Below, in pieces: positions 1-9,876 of a stretch of DNA of 64,000 bases. The notes under the pieces are model-generated. The model had not been told where the DNA came from. It saw nothing but the letters and a program-made list of their open reading frames with translations, and did no database searches. The translations under genes were made by a program, and so were the position numbers. The stretch's first letter is position 1. Every line of letters starts with the position of its first letter. Source of the DNA: Hydrurus foetidus (Eukaryota); the NCBI GenBank assembly GCA_900617105.1, contig UYFQ01000001.1, forward strand, positions 3,100,001 through 3,164,000. Direction: 5' to 3'.

Positions 1-1
1 C

Positions 2-214
2 GAATGCCTGGAAGACGCGCGTTACGGTTTTACCATCGTCGGCGTGACCAGGCTCGAGCAACAAAACGCGCTGCCGCTTAAAACCCGGGCGCACGGCAAA
101 AAAACCGTTGACTCTTTGGTCAAGCACGGGTTTTTGGAAGGCGCTGCTGAGCAAGGGTTCTCTATTACTGACCGTGGCTTGAATGCGCTGGCGGTGTGCA
201 GCGTGCGGTACTAG
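2..214 (+). CDS. Hypothetical protein, 3' part (truncated by window edge)
   Basis: Open frame from base 2 (ECLEDARYGFTIVG...VCSVRY) to TAG at 212-214; manual translation. Confidence 0.55.
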   Translation, partial: ECLEDARYGFTIVGVTRLEQQNALPLKTRAHGKKTVDSLVKHGFLEGAAEQGFSITDRGLNALAVCSVRY

Positions 215-240
215 CCGCTGGGTAGGCAAGCAGTCCGTTT

Positions 241-304
241 TGCTATATAAAAAAGAGCTGCTTGCGCCTGTATCTATTGGGCTACAGCCCTATTTTACTT
301 ATAT
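241..304 (+). repeat. Family A ~60-bp motif, intergenic; tail overlaps the lysE stop
   Basis: TGCTATATAAAAAAGAGCTGCTTGCGCCTGTATCTATTGGGCTACAGCCCTATTTT. Confidence 0.9.
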
Positions 305-960
305 TTCGGACAATAATCCGCTCAGCAGCCACAGTGCGCAGCCCCACATGGTCAGCGCCACCACGGCGTCGAGCGCACGCCACACGCCGGGCACGCGCAT
401 GTACTGCCCGAGCTTGGCCATCGCGGTGCCGAGCAGCACAAACCACAGCAGCGAACCCATTGCAGCACCGAAGCCGAACACGGTGTTGTCAGGCCGGGCG
501 TAGGCCAGCGGAGCGGTGCCGATCAGCACGGCGGTGTCCAGCCAGGCATGTGGATTCAGCCACGACAGCGCCAGAGCACCGCCTACGGCCTGGCGGCGGG
601 TAGTTTTCGGCTGGTCGGCGTCGACCTTGCTGTCTTGGTTGTGTTGCCCGCCGTCACTTGCATAGGCCAAAGCGGGGGTCTGCATCAATCGCCGTGCCGC
701 GCGCGTACCGTATACGCACAACACCAGCGCGCCAGCCGCCGTCATGCTGGTCACCGCCCAAGCGGGCAAACCGCCCAGCGCAGCAAGTCCGGCCACACCA
801 ATGGTGATTAGTAGCAAGTCAGTGCCCACACACGGCCTAACTGTTAACCACAGGTGCTGGCGCAGCAGGCCCATGCGCATCAAGTGAGCGTTCTGCGGGC
901 CAATCGCCATGATCAACGACAGGCTGAGCAACATGCCGGTCAAGAAGGCCAGGTTGGCGA
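299..960 (-). pseudogene. LysE/ArgO amino-acid exporter, probably missing its native start and promoter
   Basis: Motifs LIMAIGPQNAH..RMGL.RQH and WLNPHAWLDT..LIG. The upstream ORF extension to 1066 is antisense to ArgP-like sequence. Confidence 0.7.
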
Positions 961-1372
961 GTGGACCGAAAAAAGTGGCCGCGTGGCGGCGCACCAATTG
1001 CTTAGCCAGCCCGCCGTTATTTTCAATCGCAAAGACGGCTTGCAAGATGCGTTTTTGGCCCAGCATCTAAAACTTAGCAATGCGCACTACCCGCGCCATA
1101 TCGTGCCGTCGGTCGACGGTTTTGAACGCGCCCTGGAGCTGGGCCTGGGCTGGGTAATGGTGCCCGAGCTGTTGCTCAATGTCCGCGCTGAAAGCCGCGC
1201 GCTGCAAGAGGTACTGCCCGGCCGCACGGTAGATGTCGCGCTGTACTGGCAGCACTGGTCGCGCGAACCGCTGGCGGGGCAACGCCTGACGAAAGCGGTG
1301 CTGCACGCTGCGCACGCCCAGCTGCTGCAAATCAATCAAAAACAGTCCAAAATGCCTTCAAAAAGCATATAA
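961..1372 (+). pseudogene. C-terminal fragment of an ArgP/LysG-type LysR regulator (HTH deleted)
   Basis: PAVIFNRKDGLQDAFL, RHIVPSVDGF..ALELGLGW.MVPE and LYWQHW are present; there is no N-terminal HTH. Confidence 0.8.
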
Positions 1373-1425
1373 AACAGTCTATAGACCAATAAATACGGGC
1401 GCGAGCAGCTCTTGATAATATAGCA
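1366..1425 (-). repeat. Family A motif
   Basis: rc TGCTATATTATCAAGAGCTGCTCGCGCCCGTATTTATTGGTCTATAGACTGTTTT. Confidence 0.9.
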
Positions 1426-1492
1426 AATTGAGTCGTTGCCTGACGTCCGCCGCGTCCCTCAGGCTCGGCTCGCTTATCAGTAAAATCACCGC

Positions 1493-3181
1493 ATGCTCTC
1501 GATAAAAACAGATTTGATCGTCGCCTTGGGCGATGCGCTTGAACAACTCCACCCCGGCGCTCGGGAAAAAGCCGCGTTTGAATCGCCCAAAGTTGCTGCC
1601 CACGGCGACTTTGCTTGCACCGCTGCGATGCAATTAGCCAAAGGGTTGAAACAAAACCCGCGCCAGGTGGCAGACGCGCTGCGCGCACTGCTGCTGGCCG
1701 CACCGGCTTTTATCAAGTGGGTGCAAGACATTGACATTGCCGGGCCCGGCTTCATCAACATCCGCTTAACGCCTGCCGCCAAGCAGCAAACGGTGCGCGA
1801 AATTTTGCAAACTGGCGCGCTGTACGGCAGCCATGCAACGCCACCGGCTGGCGGCGCAGCCCAGCCGATGGTGGTCGAGTTTGTGTCGGCCAACCCGACC
1901 GGCCCGCTGCATGTCGGGCATGGCCGCCAAGCCGCTTTGGGTGATGCCATTTGCAATTTGTTTGCAACGCAGGGCGTGGCCGTTCACCGCGAGTTTTACT
2001 ACAACGATGCGGGGGTGCAAATCCACACGCTGGCCGTCAGCACGCAAGCGCGCGCCAACGGCATCAAGCCCGGCGACGCCGCCTGGCCCGAGCTGGCTTA
2101 TAACGGCGACTACATTGCCGACATTGCCGCTGATTTTTTGGCCAAAAAAACCGTTAAATCAGACGACCGCGAGTTCACTGCCTCGGGCGATGTCCAAGAT
2201 TTCGACTCGATCCGGCAATTTGCCGTGGCCTACTTGCGCCGCGAACAAGATCTTGATTTGCAGGCGTTTTCAGTGCGTTTTGACAACTACTATCTAGAGT
2301 CCAGCCTGTACAGCTCTGGCCGCGTAGATGCTGCGGTAGCCAAGCTCAAAGCCGCCGGTAAAACCTACGAGCAAGACGGCGCGCTGTGGCTCAAGTCCAC
2401 CGACTATGGCGACGACAAAGACCGCGTCATGAAAAAAAGCGACGGCACCTACACCTACTTTGTGCCAGACGTGGCCTACCACCTGGCCAAATGGGAACGG
2501 GGCTTTACCCGCGCCATCAACATTCAGGGCATGGATCACCACGGCACCATTGCCCGGGTGCGTGCTGGCCTGCAAGCGGCCAATGTCGGCGTTGCGGCAG
2601 GCTACCCCGACTACGTGCTGCACACCATGGTGCGCGTGATCAAAGGCGGCGAAGAGGTCAAAATCTCCAAGCGCGCGGGCAGCTATGTCACGTTGCGCGA
2701 CTTGATTGAATGGACCAGCGCTGACGCAGTGCGGTTCTTTTTGCTCAGCCGCAAGCCCGACACTGAATACACCTTCGACATCGATTTGGCGCTGGCCAAA
2801 AATAACGAAAACCCGGTTTATTACGTGCAGTACGCGCACGCTCGCATTTGCTCGGTGCTGACGGCTTGGGGCGGCGACGAGGCAGCGTTGGTCGGTGCAG
2901 ACCTGTCCCCGCTAGACAGCCCGCCCGCGCAAGCGCTGATGGTGCTGCTGGCCAAATACCCCGACATGCTGACCCATGCGGCCAACGGATTTGCCCCGCA
3001 CGACGTGGCGTTTTATCTGCGGGAACTGGCCGCCTGCTACCACAGCTACTATGACGCCGAGCGGATTTTGGTTGACGACGACGCGGTAAAACTGGCGCGC
3101 CTGGCGCTGGTGGCCGCCACCGCGCGCGTGCTGCACAATGGCTTGGCAGTGCTTGGCGTGAGCGCCCCGCGAAAAATGTGA
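1493..3181 (+). CDS. argS: Arginine--tRNA ligase
   Basis: [18 protein letters not shown] (HIGH-type motif), [16 protein letters not shown]; 562 aa. Confidence 0.98.
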   Translation: MLSIKTDLIVALGDALEQLHPGAREKAAFESPKVAAHGDFACTAAMQLAKGLKQNPRQVADALRALLLAAPAFIKWVQDIDIAGPGFINIRLTPAAKQQTVREILQTGALYGSHATPPAGGAAQPMVVEFVSANPTGPLHVGHGRQAALGDAICNLFATQGVAVHREFYYNDAGVQIHTLAVSTQARANGIKPGDAAWPELAYNGDYIADIAADFLAKKTVKSDDREFTASGDVQDFDSIRQFAVAYLRREQDLDLQAFSVRFDNYYLESSLYSSGRVDAAVAKLKAAGKTYEQDGALWLKSTDYGDDKDRVMKKSDGTYTYFVPDVAYHLAKWERGFTRAINIQGMDHHGTIARVRAGLQAANVGVAAGYPDYVLHTMVRVIKGGEEVKISKRAGSYVTLRDLIEWTSADAVRFFLLSRKPDTEYTFDIDLALAKNNENPVYYVQYAHARICSVLTAWGGDEAALVGADLSPLDSPPAQALMVLLAKYPDMLTHAANGFAPHDVAFYLRELAACYHSYYDAERILVDDDAVKLARLALVAATARVLHNGLAVLGVSAPRKM

Positions 3182-3194
3182 ACGGACAGGAACC

Positions 3195-3923
3195 ATGAAA
3201 ACAATCTCGACTACATTGCAGCGCAAGAATCAGTGTGCGGGTCTGCACCACGGCCAGCGCGGCCAGCGCGGCGGCACCATGCTGGGCTTGGTTATTGGCG
3301 CATTGGTCGGCCTGGGCGCAGCGCTGGCAGTGGCAGTGTATGTGACCAAAGTGCCGGTGCCATTTTTAAACAAAGCGCCGACCCGAGGCTCAGAAACAGA
3401 CGCCGCCGAGGCCGTTAAAAACAAGGACTGGAACCCCAACACGCCGCTGGCTGGCAAAGTGCCGGCGTCAGTGGCTCCGCCTGCGGCGGCTGCCTCTGCG
3501 GCGGCGGCTGGTGTGTTGACGCCAGAAGTGGTGGCCAAGCCGAAACAATCAAGCGATCCGCTGGGCGACTTGGCCAAAGCAAAGTCTGGCGAAAAACAAG
3601 GCAACAAGCCAGACGCAAAAACTGACGCAAAAACTGATGTCAAGGTAGCGGCCCGGCCAGAAACATCAGGCGAGCCGGGCATTGATCCCTTCACTTACTT
3701 CGTGCAGGCCGGTGCGTTTCGCACGCCAGAAGACGCCGAGCAACAACGTGCCAGGTTGCTGCTAATGGGATTTCAGGCCAAGGTGACTGAACGAGAGCAA
3801 GCCGGGCGAACCGTGTACCGGGTGCGCCTGGGCCCGTTCGACAAAAAAGACGATGCCGACAAAACCAAAGACAAGCTCGACGGCAATTCAGTTGAAACCG
3901 CTTTGGTGCGGGTGCAGCGCTGA
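3195..3923 (+). CDS. SPOR-domain cell division protein (FtsN-like)
   Basis: N-terminal TM segment, low-complexity linker, C-terminal YFVQAGAF...YRVRLGPF; argS-SPOR-dsbA synteny. Confidence 0.9.
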   Translation: MKTISTTLQRKNQCAGLHHGQRGQRGGTMLGLVIGALVGLGAALAVAVYVTKVPVPFLNKAPTRGSETDAAEAVKNKDWNPNTPLAGKVPASVAPPAAAASAAAAGVLTPEVVAKPKQSSDPLGDLAKAKSGEKQGNKPDAKTDAKTDVKVAARPETSGEPGIDPFTYFVQAGAFRTPEDAEQQRARLLLMGFQAKVTEREQAGRTVYRVRLGPFDKKDDADKTKDKLDGNSVETALVRVQR

Positions 3924-4041
3924 ACTTTTTTATCAACCGATATCTAAACACCAAGACACAAAGCCGCTAATTCGCTGACAAAACTCACGGATGAACTTCT
4001 TTAACAAAACCTGTTTAACCATCGCGCCCAAGGAAACCTTC

Positions 4042-4764
4042 ATGCAACGTCGAGAATTTTCAATTAAAGCCACCTCAGCAGTTGTAGTGGGCGGTTCGGG
4101 CGTGCTCAGCAGCGCGGTGCGCGCACAAGGGGCCAAACCAGTCGAAGGCATTGACTACCTGACGCTCGAAAAACCCACGATGACTGAAGCGCCGGGCAAG
4201 GTTGAAGTGGTCGAGTTCTTTTGGTACAGCTGCCAGCACTGCAACCGTTTTGAGCCGCAGCTCGATGAGTGGGTCAAGCGCCTGCCAACTGACGTGGTGC
4301 TGCGCCGCGCGCCCGTGGCTTTTCGCCCTGACTTTGAGCCCCAGCAGCGCTTGTATTACGCGCTTGAGGCGATGGGCAAGGTTAGCGAGCTGCACAAAAA
4401 AGTGTTCTACGCCATTCACGTTGAAAAGCAAGCCTTAAACACGTTTGAGCCGATAGCCGACTGGGTTGAAAAGCAGGGCGTGAACAAAGCCAAATTCACC
4501 GAGGCCTACAACTCTTTTCCGGTGGCAACCAAGGTACGCAAATCTAACTTGCTGCAAGAAGCGTTCAAACTTGACGGTGTGCCGTCGCTCGGCATTGCGG
4601 GCAAGTACTTCACGTCTGGCTCCATCGCGCAAACCATGGAGCGCGCTTTGCTGGTGACTGACTACTTGGTGGGCTTGGCCCGCGCGTCGCTTCCAGCCAC
4701 CAAGGCCGAGCCTAAAAAAGCCGATAAACCGGCTAAACCTGCCAAGCCGGTCAAGCCGCAGTAA
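4042..4764 (+). CDS. dsbA: Thiol:disulfide interchange protein DsbA
   Basis: VVEFFWYSCQHC and GVPS cis-Pro loop; ATG 4042 follows AAGGAA. Confidence 0.92.
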   Translation: MQRREFSIKATSAVVVGGSGVLSSAVRAQGAKPVEGIDYLTLEKPTMTEAPGKVEVVEFFWYSCQHCNRFEPQLDEWVKRLPTDVVLRRAPVAFRPDFEPQQRLYYALEAMGKVSELHKKVFYAIHVEKQALNTFEPIADWVEKQGVNKAKFTEAYNSFPVATKVRKSNLLQEAFKLDGVPSLGIAGKYFTSGSIAQTMERALLVTDYLVGLARASLPATKAEPKKADKPAKPAKPVKPQ

Positions 4765-4946
4765 CGGTTAAGCAGCGCCAGGCTGCCGCACTCGATTTGT
4801 CGGGCAACCTTAAAAGACCTCCCGCAATGGCGGTTTTTTTATGGTCTGAGCGTGAAATACCAGTCGCAATACCTCGCGCCCGAGCGTTAAGCAGCACGAG
4901 GCGTGGGTACAATCAAAAGCATGTTTACAGCAAGATTCATGCCTTT

Positions 4947-5576
4947 ATGAAATCGCCCCTACTCCTCGCGTTGCTTGCGTTCATGCTGGCCGGCGCCCCG
5001 GTTAAAGCCGAAAACGCTGACCGCAGCAAACCGATGAACGCCGAAGCCGACGCGCTGCGCTATGACGACCTCAAGCAAACCAGCGTTTTCACCGGCAATG
5101 TAGTGATCACCAAGGGCACCACGGTGATTCGGGGCGACCGGGTTGAGGTCAGGCAAGACCCTGAGGGTTTTCAGCAAGCGGTGGTTACTGTTGCGCCGGG
5201 CAAGCTGGCGTTTTACCGAAAAAAACGCGAAGGCCTTGACGAATTTATCGAAGGCGAAGCCGAACGCATTGAATACGACAGCCGCCCCGACCTGGTGAAA
5301 TTCACCACCAGAGCGGTGTTGCGGCGCTACGCTGGCGCGGTATTGGCCGATGAGACTACCGGCGCACAAATTACCTACGACAACAAAACCGATGTATTTG
5401 CCGTCGACGGCGGCGCACAAAATCGCAGCGCGGGCAATCCGGGTGGCCGCATTCGCGCCGTGCTTTCGCCGCGCGCGCCCGCCAGTGCAAGCGCCGCGCC
5501 GTCAGGCCCGGTCCCTGCCGCTGGAGCCAGCCCTGTTTTGCGCCCCAGCCCAGCGCTGGGCAGCGACAAAAAGTAA
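4947..5576 (+). CDS. lptA: LPS transport periplasmic protein LptA
   Basis: Signal peptide, ADRSKPMNAEAD, FTGNVVITKG; directly upstream of lptB. Confidence 0.92.
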   Translation: MKSPLLLALLAFMLAGAPVKAENADRSKPMNAEADALRYDDLKQTSVFTGNVVITKGTTVIRGDRVEVRQDPEGFQQAVVTVAPGKLAFYRKKREGLDEFIEGEAERIEYDSRPDLVKFTTRAVLRRYAGAVLADETTGAQITYDNKTDVFAVDGGAQNRSAGNPGGRIRAVLSPRAPASASAAPSGPVPAAGASPVLRPSPALGSDKK

Positions 5577-5585
5577 TCCGGCCGC

Positions 5586-6389
5586 ATGACTAACGATTTG
5601 CCAAACGATGTGGCCGTTGCCGCCGTGCAGACTATTGCTGATGCTCAGCGCAGCCAGCTTGTAGTCACCAGCCTGAAAAAATCCTACGGCAGCCGCACCG
5701 TGGTGCAGGACGTGTCGCTCGTGGTCAGAAGTGGCGAAGTCGTCGGCCTGTTGGGCCCCAACGGCGCGGGTAAAACCACGTCGTTCTACATGATTGTGGG
5801 GCTGGTGCGGGCAGATGCTGGCGGCATCACCATTGACGGGCAAAGCATTGAACATATGCCGATTCACAGGCGCTCGCGCTTGGGGCTCAGCTACCTGCCG
5901 CAGGAGGCGTCGATTTTTCGCAAGCTCAATGTTGAAGACAATGTGCGCGCCGTGCTAGAGCTGCAAGTTGACGAGTCCGGCAAGGCTTTAAGCAAAGCCG
6001 TTATAGCCGAGCGGCTCGACGCGCTGCTGAAAGACCTGCGGGTTGACCACTTGCGCGACTCACCGGCGCTGGCGCTGTCGGGCGGAGAGCGGCGGCGGGT
6101 TGAAATTGCGCGCGCTCTGGCCACGCAGCCACGTTTTATTTTGCTCGATGAACCTTTTGCCGGCATTGACCCCATTGCAGTGATTGAAATTCAGCGAATT
6201 GTGGGGTTTTTAAAAGCCCGCGGCATTGGCGTGCTGATTACCGACCACAACGTGCGCGAAACGCTGGGCATTTGCGACCACGCTTACATCATCAGCGATG
6301 GGCATGTGCTGGCCGAAGGCACCCCCGCAGAGATTGTCAACAACGCCGACGTACGACGCGTGTATCTCGGCGAAAACTTCAAGATGTAG
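5586..6389 (+). CDS. lptB: LPS export ABC transporter ATPase LptB
   Basis: GPNGAGKTT, LSGGERRRVEIARAL, LDEPFAG, ITDHNVRETL. Confidence 0.97.
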   Translation: MTNDLPNDVAVAAVQTIADAQRSQLVVTSLKKSYGSRTVVQDVSLVVRSGEVVGLLGPNGAGKTTSFYMIVGLVRADAGGITIDGQSIEHMPIHRRSRLGLSYLPQEASIFRKLNVEDNVRAVLELQVDESGKALSKAVIAERLDALLKDLRVDHLRDSPALALSGGERRRVEIARALATQPRFILLDEPFAGIDPIAVIEIQRIVGFLKARGIGVLITDHNVRETLGICDHAYIISDGHVLAEGTPAEIVNNADVRRVYLGENFKM

Positions 6390-6399
6390 CACTTGACTA

Positions 6400-6568
6400 C
6401 CCCCCCTCCGTCGCTCACTGCGTGTAGCTTCCTGCCGTCCGAGGGGGCCGCTGCGCTTGTTCTTCCCAATTTCAAGCAGACGCCGCAGAACTGGCTTTGC
6501 CAGGCTGCTGGAGTCGCCCCCTGTAGGGGGAAGGGGGCTACACGAAGTGAGCATCCAATAGGGGGGTG
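6400..6568. repeat. Family B REP-like element, two units in inverted orientation
   Basis: GCTCACTGCGTGTAGCTTCC..GAGGGGGCCGCT, then the rc unit CTGGCTTTGCCAGG..CCCCCTGTAGGGGG..GCTACACGAAGTGAGC. Confidence 0.85.
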
Positions 6569-6577
6569 CTTGTTTTC

Positions 6578-8137
6578 ATGAGACAAGGTCTTTCGCTGCG
6601 TGTATCGCAGCACCTGGCGTTGACGCCGCAGTTGCAGCAGTCGATTCGCTTGCTGCAGTTGTCTACGCTGGAGCTGAGCCAGGAAGTTGAGCAAATGCTT
6701 GACGAGAACCCTTTTCTGGAGGTCAACGAAGATGCGGCGGTGCGGGAAGAGTTTGGCCTGGAAGTGGTTGACACGCCTGCCGCTGCAGAGCCTGCGGAGT
6801 TTGAAGGCGCTATGGAATACATAGCTGCTGGCGCCCATGAAACGGCTTCTACCACCACAAAAGACACTGAATCTACGCCTGAAACCACTGCCGAGCTCTC
6901 TACCGAAGCCACGCTTGAAGAAAGCTGGGAAGGTGACGGCTCGGTCGACTCCGCGCCGGACGATGGTGAGTGGGGCAATGACGCCGCACCGCGTAAAAAC
7001 AATCTCGATGACAGCGATGCTGAGGCGTCAGACCTCATGGGCGCGCACGAGTCGTTGCAAGACCACCTGCATCGCCAGGCGCTGGGCTTGCGATTGTCAG
7101 CCCTAGACCGCGCCGCGCTGCATTTTTTAATTGAATCACTCAACGACGACGGGTATCTGGAAGACAAGCTCAATGATCTCGCAGAAGGTTTGGCCAACGG
7201 CGACATGGCGCAAACCGAAGAGCTTACCCAGCAGTTTTCGATTGTGCTCAAGCTGCTGCATTGCATGACGCCCAGCGGTGTGGGCGCGCGACACTTGGCT
7301 GAATGCCTGTCTTTGCAACTGCGTGATGCCGGCGATGCGATTGAGGTGTGTGCAGCCCGGGCCGTGTGCCAGCAACCGATGGAGCTGCTGGCCAAACGGG
7401 ACGTCAAGCGCTTGTCGCAGCTGTGCGGCTTTGACGATGAGGCCATCAAAGCCGCGATTGGCGTAATCGGGCGGCTTGACCCAAAACCTGGGCGAAGGTT
7501 TGTCAACGTTGAGCGCAACGTCGTTATCCCCGACGTGTTTGTTACCAAGGTGGGTCGGGGCTTTAAGGTCAGTTTGAACAACGAGGTAATGCCGCGCCTG
7601 AAAGTGCAAGATATTTATGCCAATGCGGTGCGGCAAAACAAGGGCGCGGGCGGCCAGGCGCTGCAGCAACGGCTGCAAGAGGCGCGTTGGTTCATTAAAA
7701 ACATTCAGCAGCGCTTTGACACAATATTGCGAGTCAGCACCGCGATTGTGGAGCGGCAAAAAAACTTTTTCACGCACGGCGAGCTGGCCATGCGCCCGCT
7801 GGTGCTGCGCGAAATCGCTGACGAGCTAGGTCTGCACGAGTCAACCATCTCACGCGTTACCACCGCCAAATACATGAGCACGCCGTTCGGCACGTTTGAG
7901 TTGAAGTATTTTTTTGGCTCTGCGCTGGGCACCGAAACCGGCGGCAACGCGTCCAGCACTGCGGTGCGCGCACTTATCAAGCAATTTGTTGCCAGCGAGA
8001 GCTTGAACAAGCCGCTGAGCGATAACCAGATTTCTCTGATGCTCAAGGAGCAAGGCATTGAATGTGCCCGCCGCACGGTGGCCAAGTACCGCGAAGCGCT
8101 GCGAATTGCGCCCGCCAATTTGCGTAAGGCTTTATGA
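6578..8137 (+). CDS. rpoN: RNA polymerase sigma-54 factor
   Basis: LTPQLQQSIRLLQLS, HESTISR, RpoN box ARRTVAKYRE. Confidence 0.98.
   Translation: MRQGLSLRVSQHLALTPQLQQSIRLLQLSTLELSQEVEQMLDENPFLEVNEDAAVREEFGLEVVDTPAAAEPAEFEGAMEYIAAGAHETASTTTKDTESTPETTAELSTEATLEESWEGDGSVDSAPDDGEWGNDAAPRKNNLDDSDAEASDLMGAHESLQDHLHRQALGLRLSALDRAALHFLIESLNDDGYLEDKLNDLAEGLANGDMAQTEELTQQFSIVLKLLHCMTPSGVGARHLAECLSLQLRDAGDAIEVCAARAVCQQPMELLAKRDVKRLSQLCGFDDEAIKAAIGVIGRLDPKPGRRFVNVERNVVIPDVFVTKVGRGFKVSLNNEVMPRLKVQDIYANAVRQNKGAGGQALQQRLQEARWFIKNIQQRFDTILRVSTAIVERQKNFFTHGELAMRPLVLREIADELGLHESTISRVTTAKYMSTPFGTFELKYFFGSALGTETGGNASSTAVRALIKQFVASESLNKPLSDNQISLMLKEQGIECARRTVAKYREALRIAPANLRKAL
6809..6872 (+). repeat. Family A motif inside rpoN region II
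   Basis: GCTATGGAATACATAGCTGCTGGCGCCCATG; encodes AMEYIAAGAHETA. Confidence 0.75.
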
Positions 8138-8141
8138 CCAT

Positions 8142-8322
8142 GGCTCCCACGGTCGTGCACTTCGTGTCGCTCTCTGCCCCCCGAGGGGGCCGCTGCCCTT
8201 GCCGGGCGCAACGCTGCCAGAGGCAGCGCATCTGGAGGCTGTCCCAGCCCGCTCAAGCGGGCTCGGAGCCGCAACCTCCAGCCTGCGGTCTGGCAAAGCC
8301 AGTCCCGCGGCCCCTGCTTGGC
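8142..8322 (+). repeat. Family B element with an internal multi-hairpin insert
   Basis: GCACTTCGTGTCGCTCTCTGCCCCCCGAGGGGGCCGCT ... CTGGCAAAGCCAGTCCCGCGGCCCCTGCTTG. Confidence 0.8.
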
Positions 8323-8360
8323 AAGAGAAATTTTTTTAGCTTTATAGCGATCCGTTTTTT

Positions 8361-9707
8361 ATGAACCAACTCCAACTATTTTTACCGTGCGCCGCTGGCG
8401 TTGAGGCGCTGCTGGCCACTGAGGTGCAGGGCATCACGGGTACTGCACCCAAGGCATGGCGGGCGGGCGTGCAGCTGCAGGGCTCGTGGCGCGAGGCGTT
8501 GCAACTTAATTTGCACAGTCGCCTGGCGCAGCGTGTGTTGATTGAGCTGGCGCATCACCAGTACCGCAGCGAGCAAGATTTGTACAACGCCGCAGCCGGT
8601 GTAGCGTGGGAGATCTGGTTTACGCCCAAGCAAACCTTCAAAGTTGAAATCACCGCGCAGCACAGCCCGTTGACCAGCCTGAACTTTGCCGCACTCAAAA
8701 TCAAAGACGCGATTGCTGACCGCTTTCGGGACAAATATGACGTTCGCCCTGACGTTGACACCCGCTACCCGGATGTACGCGTGTACGTGCACCTGACGGT
8801 TGACACAGTCACCGTTTACATCGACACCTCCGGCGAGCCGCTGTTCAAGCGCGGCTGGCGCGAAGACGTCGGCGACGCGCCATTAAAAGAAACCCTTGCT
8901 GCTGCCATGCTGTCGGCTAGCGGCTGGTCAGGCAATGGCGGGTTGTGCAAGCAGGGCGTAGCGCTGTACGACCCGTGCTGCGGCTCGGGCACGATTGCGA
9001 TTGAGGCCGCGCAAATCGCGTGCAACATCGCGCCGGGCATCACGCGCAAATTTGCTTTTCAAAAATACGTGCCGTTTCAACCGCATGTCTGGGACGGCTT
9101 GCTTGACCAGGCCGATGCGGCGATTACCGAGCCCACCGCAGAAGTTTTTGGCAGTGACGTAGCTTTCCGGATGGTTGACTTTGCCGAGCGCAACGCAGAG
9201 CGCGCGGGCGTCGCCGGTGCTGTGCAGTTTAGAGGTGGCGACGCGCTAGAGCGTATGCCGCCCGTTGCCACAGGAGTGATGGTGGTCAACCCGCCGTACG
9301 GTGAGCGGATTGATGTGGCCGGCGCGGCGGGCTCGTCGAGCGAAGATGGTGCACGCTCTCGAAGCCAGTTCCAAGGCCGCAGCATCGATGAGTTCGGCCA
9401 GCCGTTGATGCAGGAACCAGCGAGCAATGTGCAGCGCAATCGCAGTGCCAACCCTGGCCGCGAGCAAGCGCAAACCGAAAGTGGTGGGGACGCGTCTGAC
9501 TTCTTTCCAAAGCTCGCCGCGCACTGGAAGAAAAACTACGCCGGCTGGACGGCCCACGTACTCACACCCGACCTGAAGCTGCCCAGCAAAATGCGCCTGA
9601 AAGAGTCGCGCCGCGTGCCGATGTGGAACGGCCCGATTGAATGCCGACTGTTCAGGTTTGACATGGTGGCCGGGTCTGCGCGGGGCAAAGCAGGCAGCAG
9701 CGCTTGA
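8361..9707 (+). CDS. THUMP-domain class I SAM-dependent RNA methyltransferase (RlmL-like)
   Basis: IDTSGEPLFKRGWR, APLKETLAAAML, DPCCGSGTI, NPPYGER. Confidence 0.92.
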   Translation: MNQLQLFLPCAAGVEALLATEVQGITGTAPKAWRAGVQLQGSWREALQLNLHSRLAQRVLIELAHHQYRSEQDLYNAAAGVAWEIWFTPKQTFKVEITAQHSPLTSLNFAALKIKDAIADRFRDKYDVRPDVDTRYPDVRVYVHLTVDTVTVYIDTSGEPLFKRGWREDVGDAPLKETLAAAMLSASGWSGNGGLCKQGVALYDPCCGSGTIAIEAAQIACNIAPGITRKFAFQKYVPFQPHVWDGLLDQADAAITEPTAEVFGSDVAFRMVDFAERNAERAGVAGAVQFRGGDALERMPPVATGVMVVNPPYGERIDVAGAAGSSSEDGARSRSQFQGRSIDEFGQPLMQEPASNVQRNRSANPGREQAQTESGGDASDFFPKLAAHWKKNYAGWTAHVLTPDLKLPSKMRLKESRRVPMWNGPIECRLFRFDMVAGSARGKAGSSA

Positions 9708-9737
9708 CCCAGGCTGCGCTTGCTATCTCCCCGGATT

Positions 9738-9830
9738 CACTCCCTCTCCCTTTGGGAGAGGGCGGGGGCTGAACGCTGCGGCTCCAGATGCGCCTGCGCG
9801 CATCTGGACAGCGTGAAGGGGCACGGGCTA
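9738..9830. repeat. Palindromic element CCCTCTCCC-N3-GGGAGAGGG plus a second hairpin
   Basis: CCCTCTCCCTTTGGGAGAGGG; TCCAGATGCGC-CTGC-GCGCATCTGGA. Confidence 0.7.
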
Positions 9831-9876
9831 TGCCGTGCCGCGGTCTGCAAGACAGGGCCTTCATGAAAAGCACTAC

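Noticed and set aside
854..1066. Overlapping antisense genes implied by ORFs 299-1066 and 854-1372
   Set aside because: The overlap is an artefact of ORF extension across the deletion junction; each side has homology on one strand only.
4797..4946. Longer N-termini for lptA (and likewise rsmI, def, FIST, tautomerase, DUF5615) in the ORF track
   Set aside because: Downstream starts fit signal peptides, RBS positions or family N-termini better.
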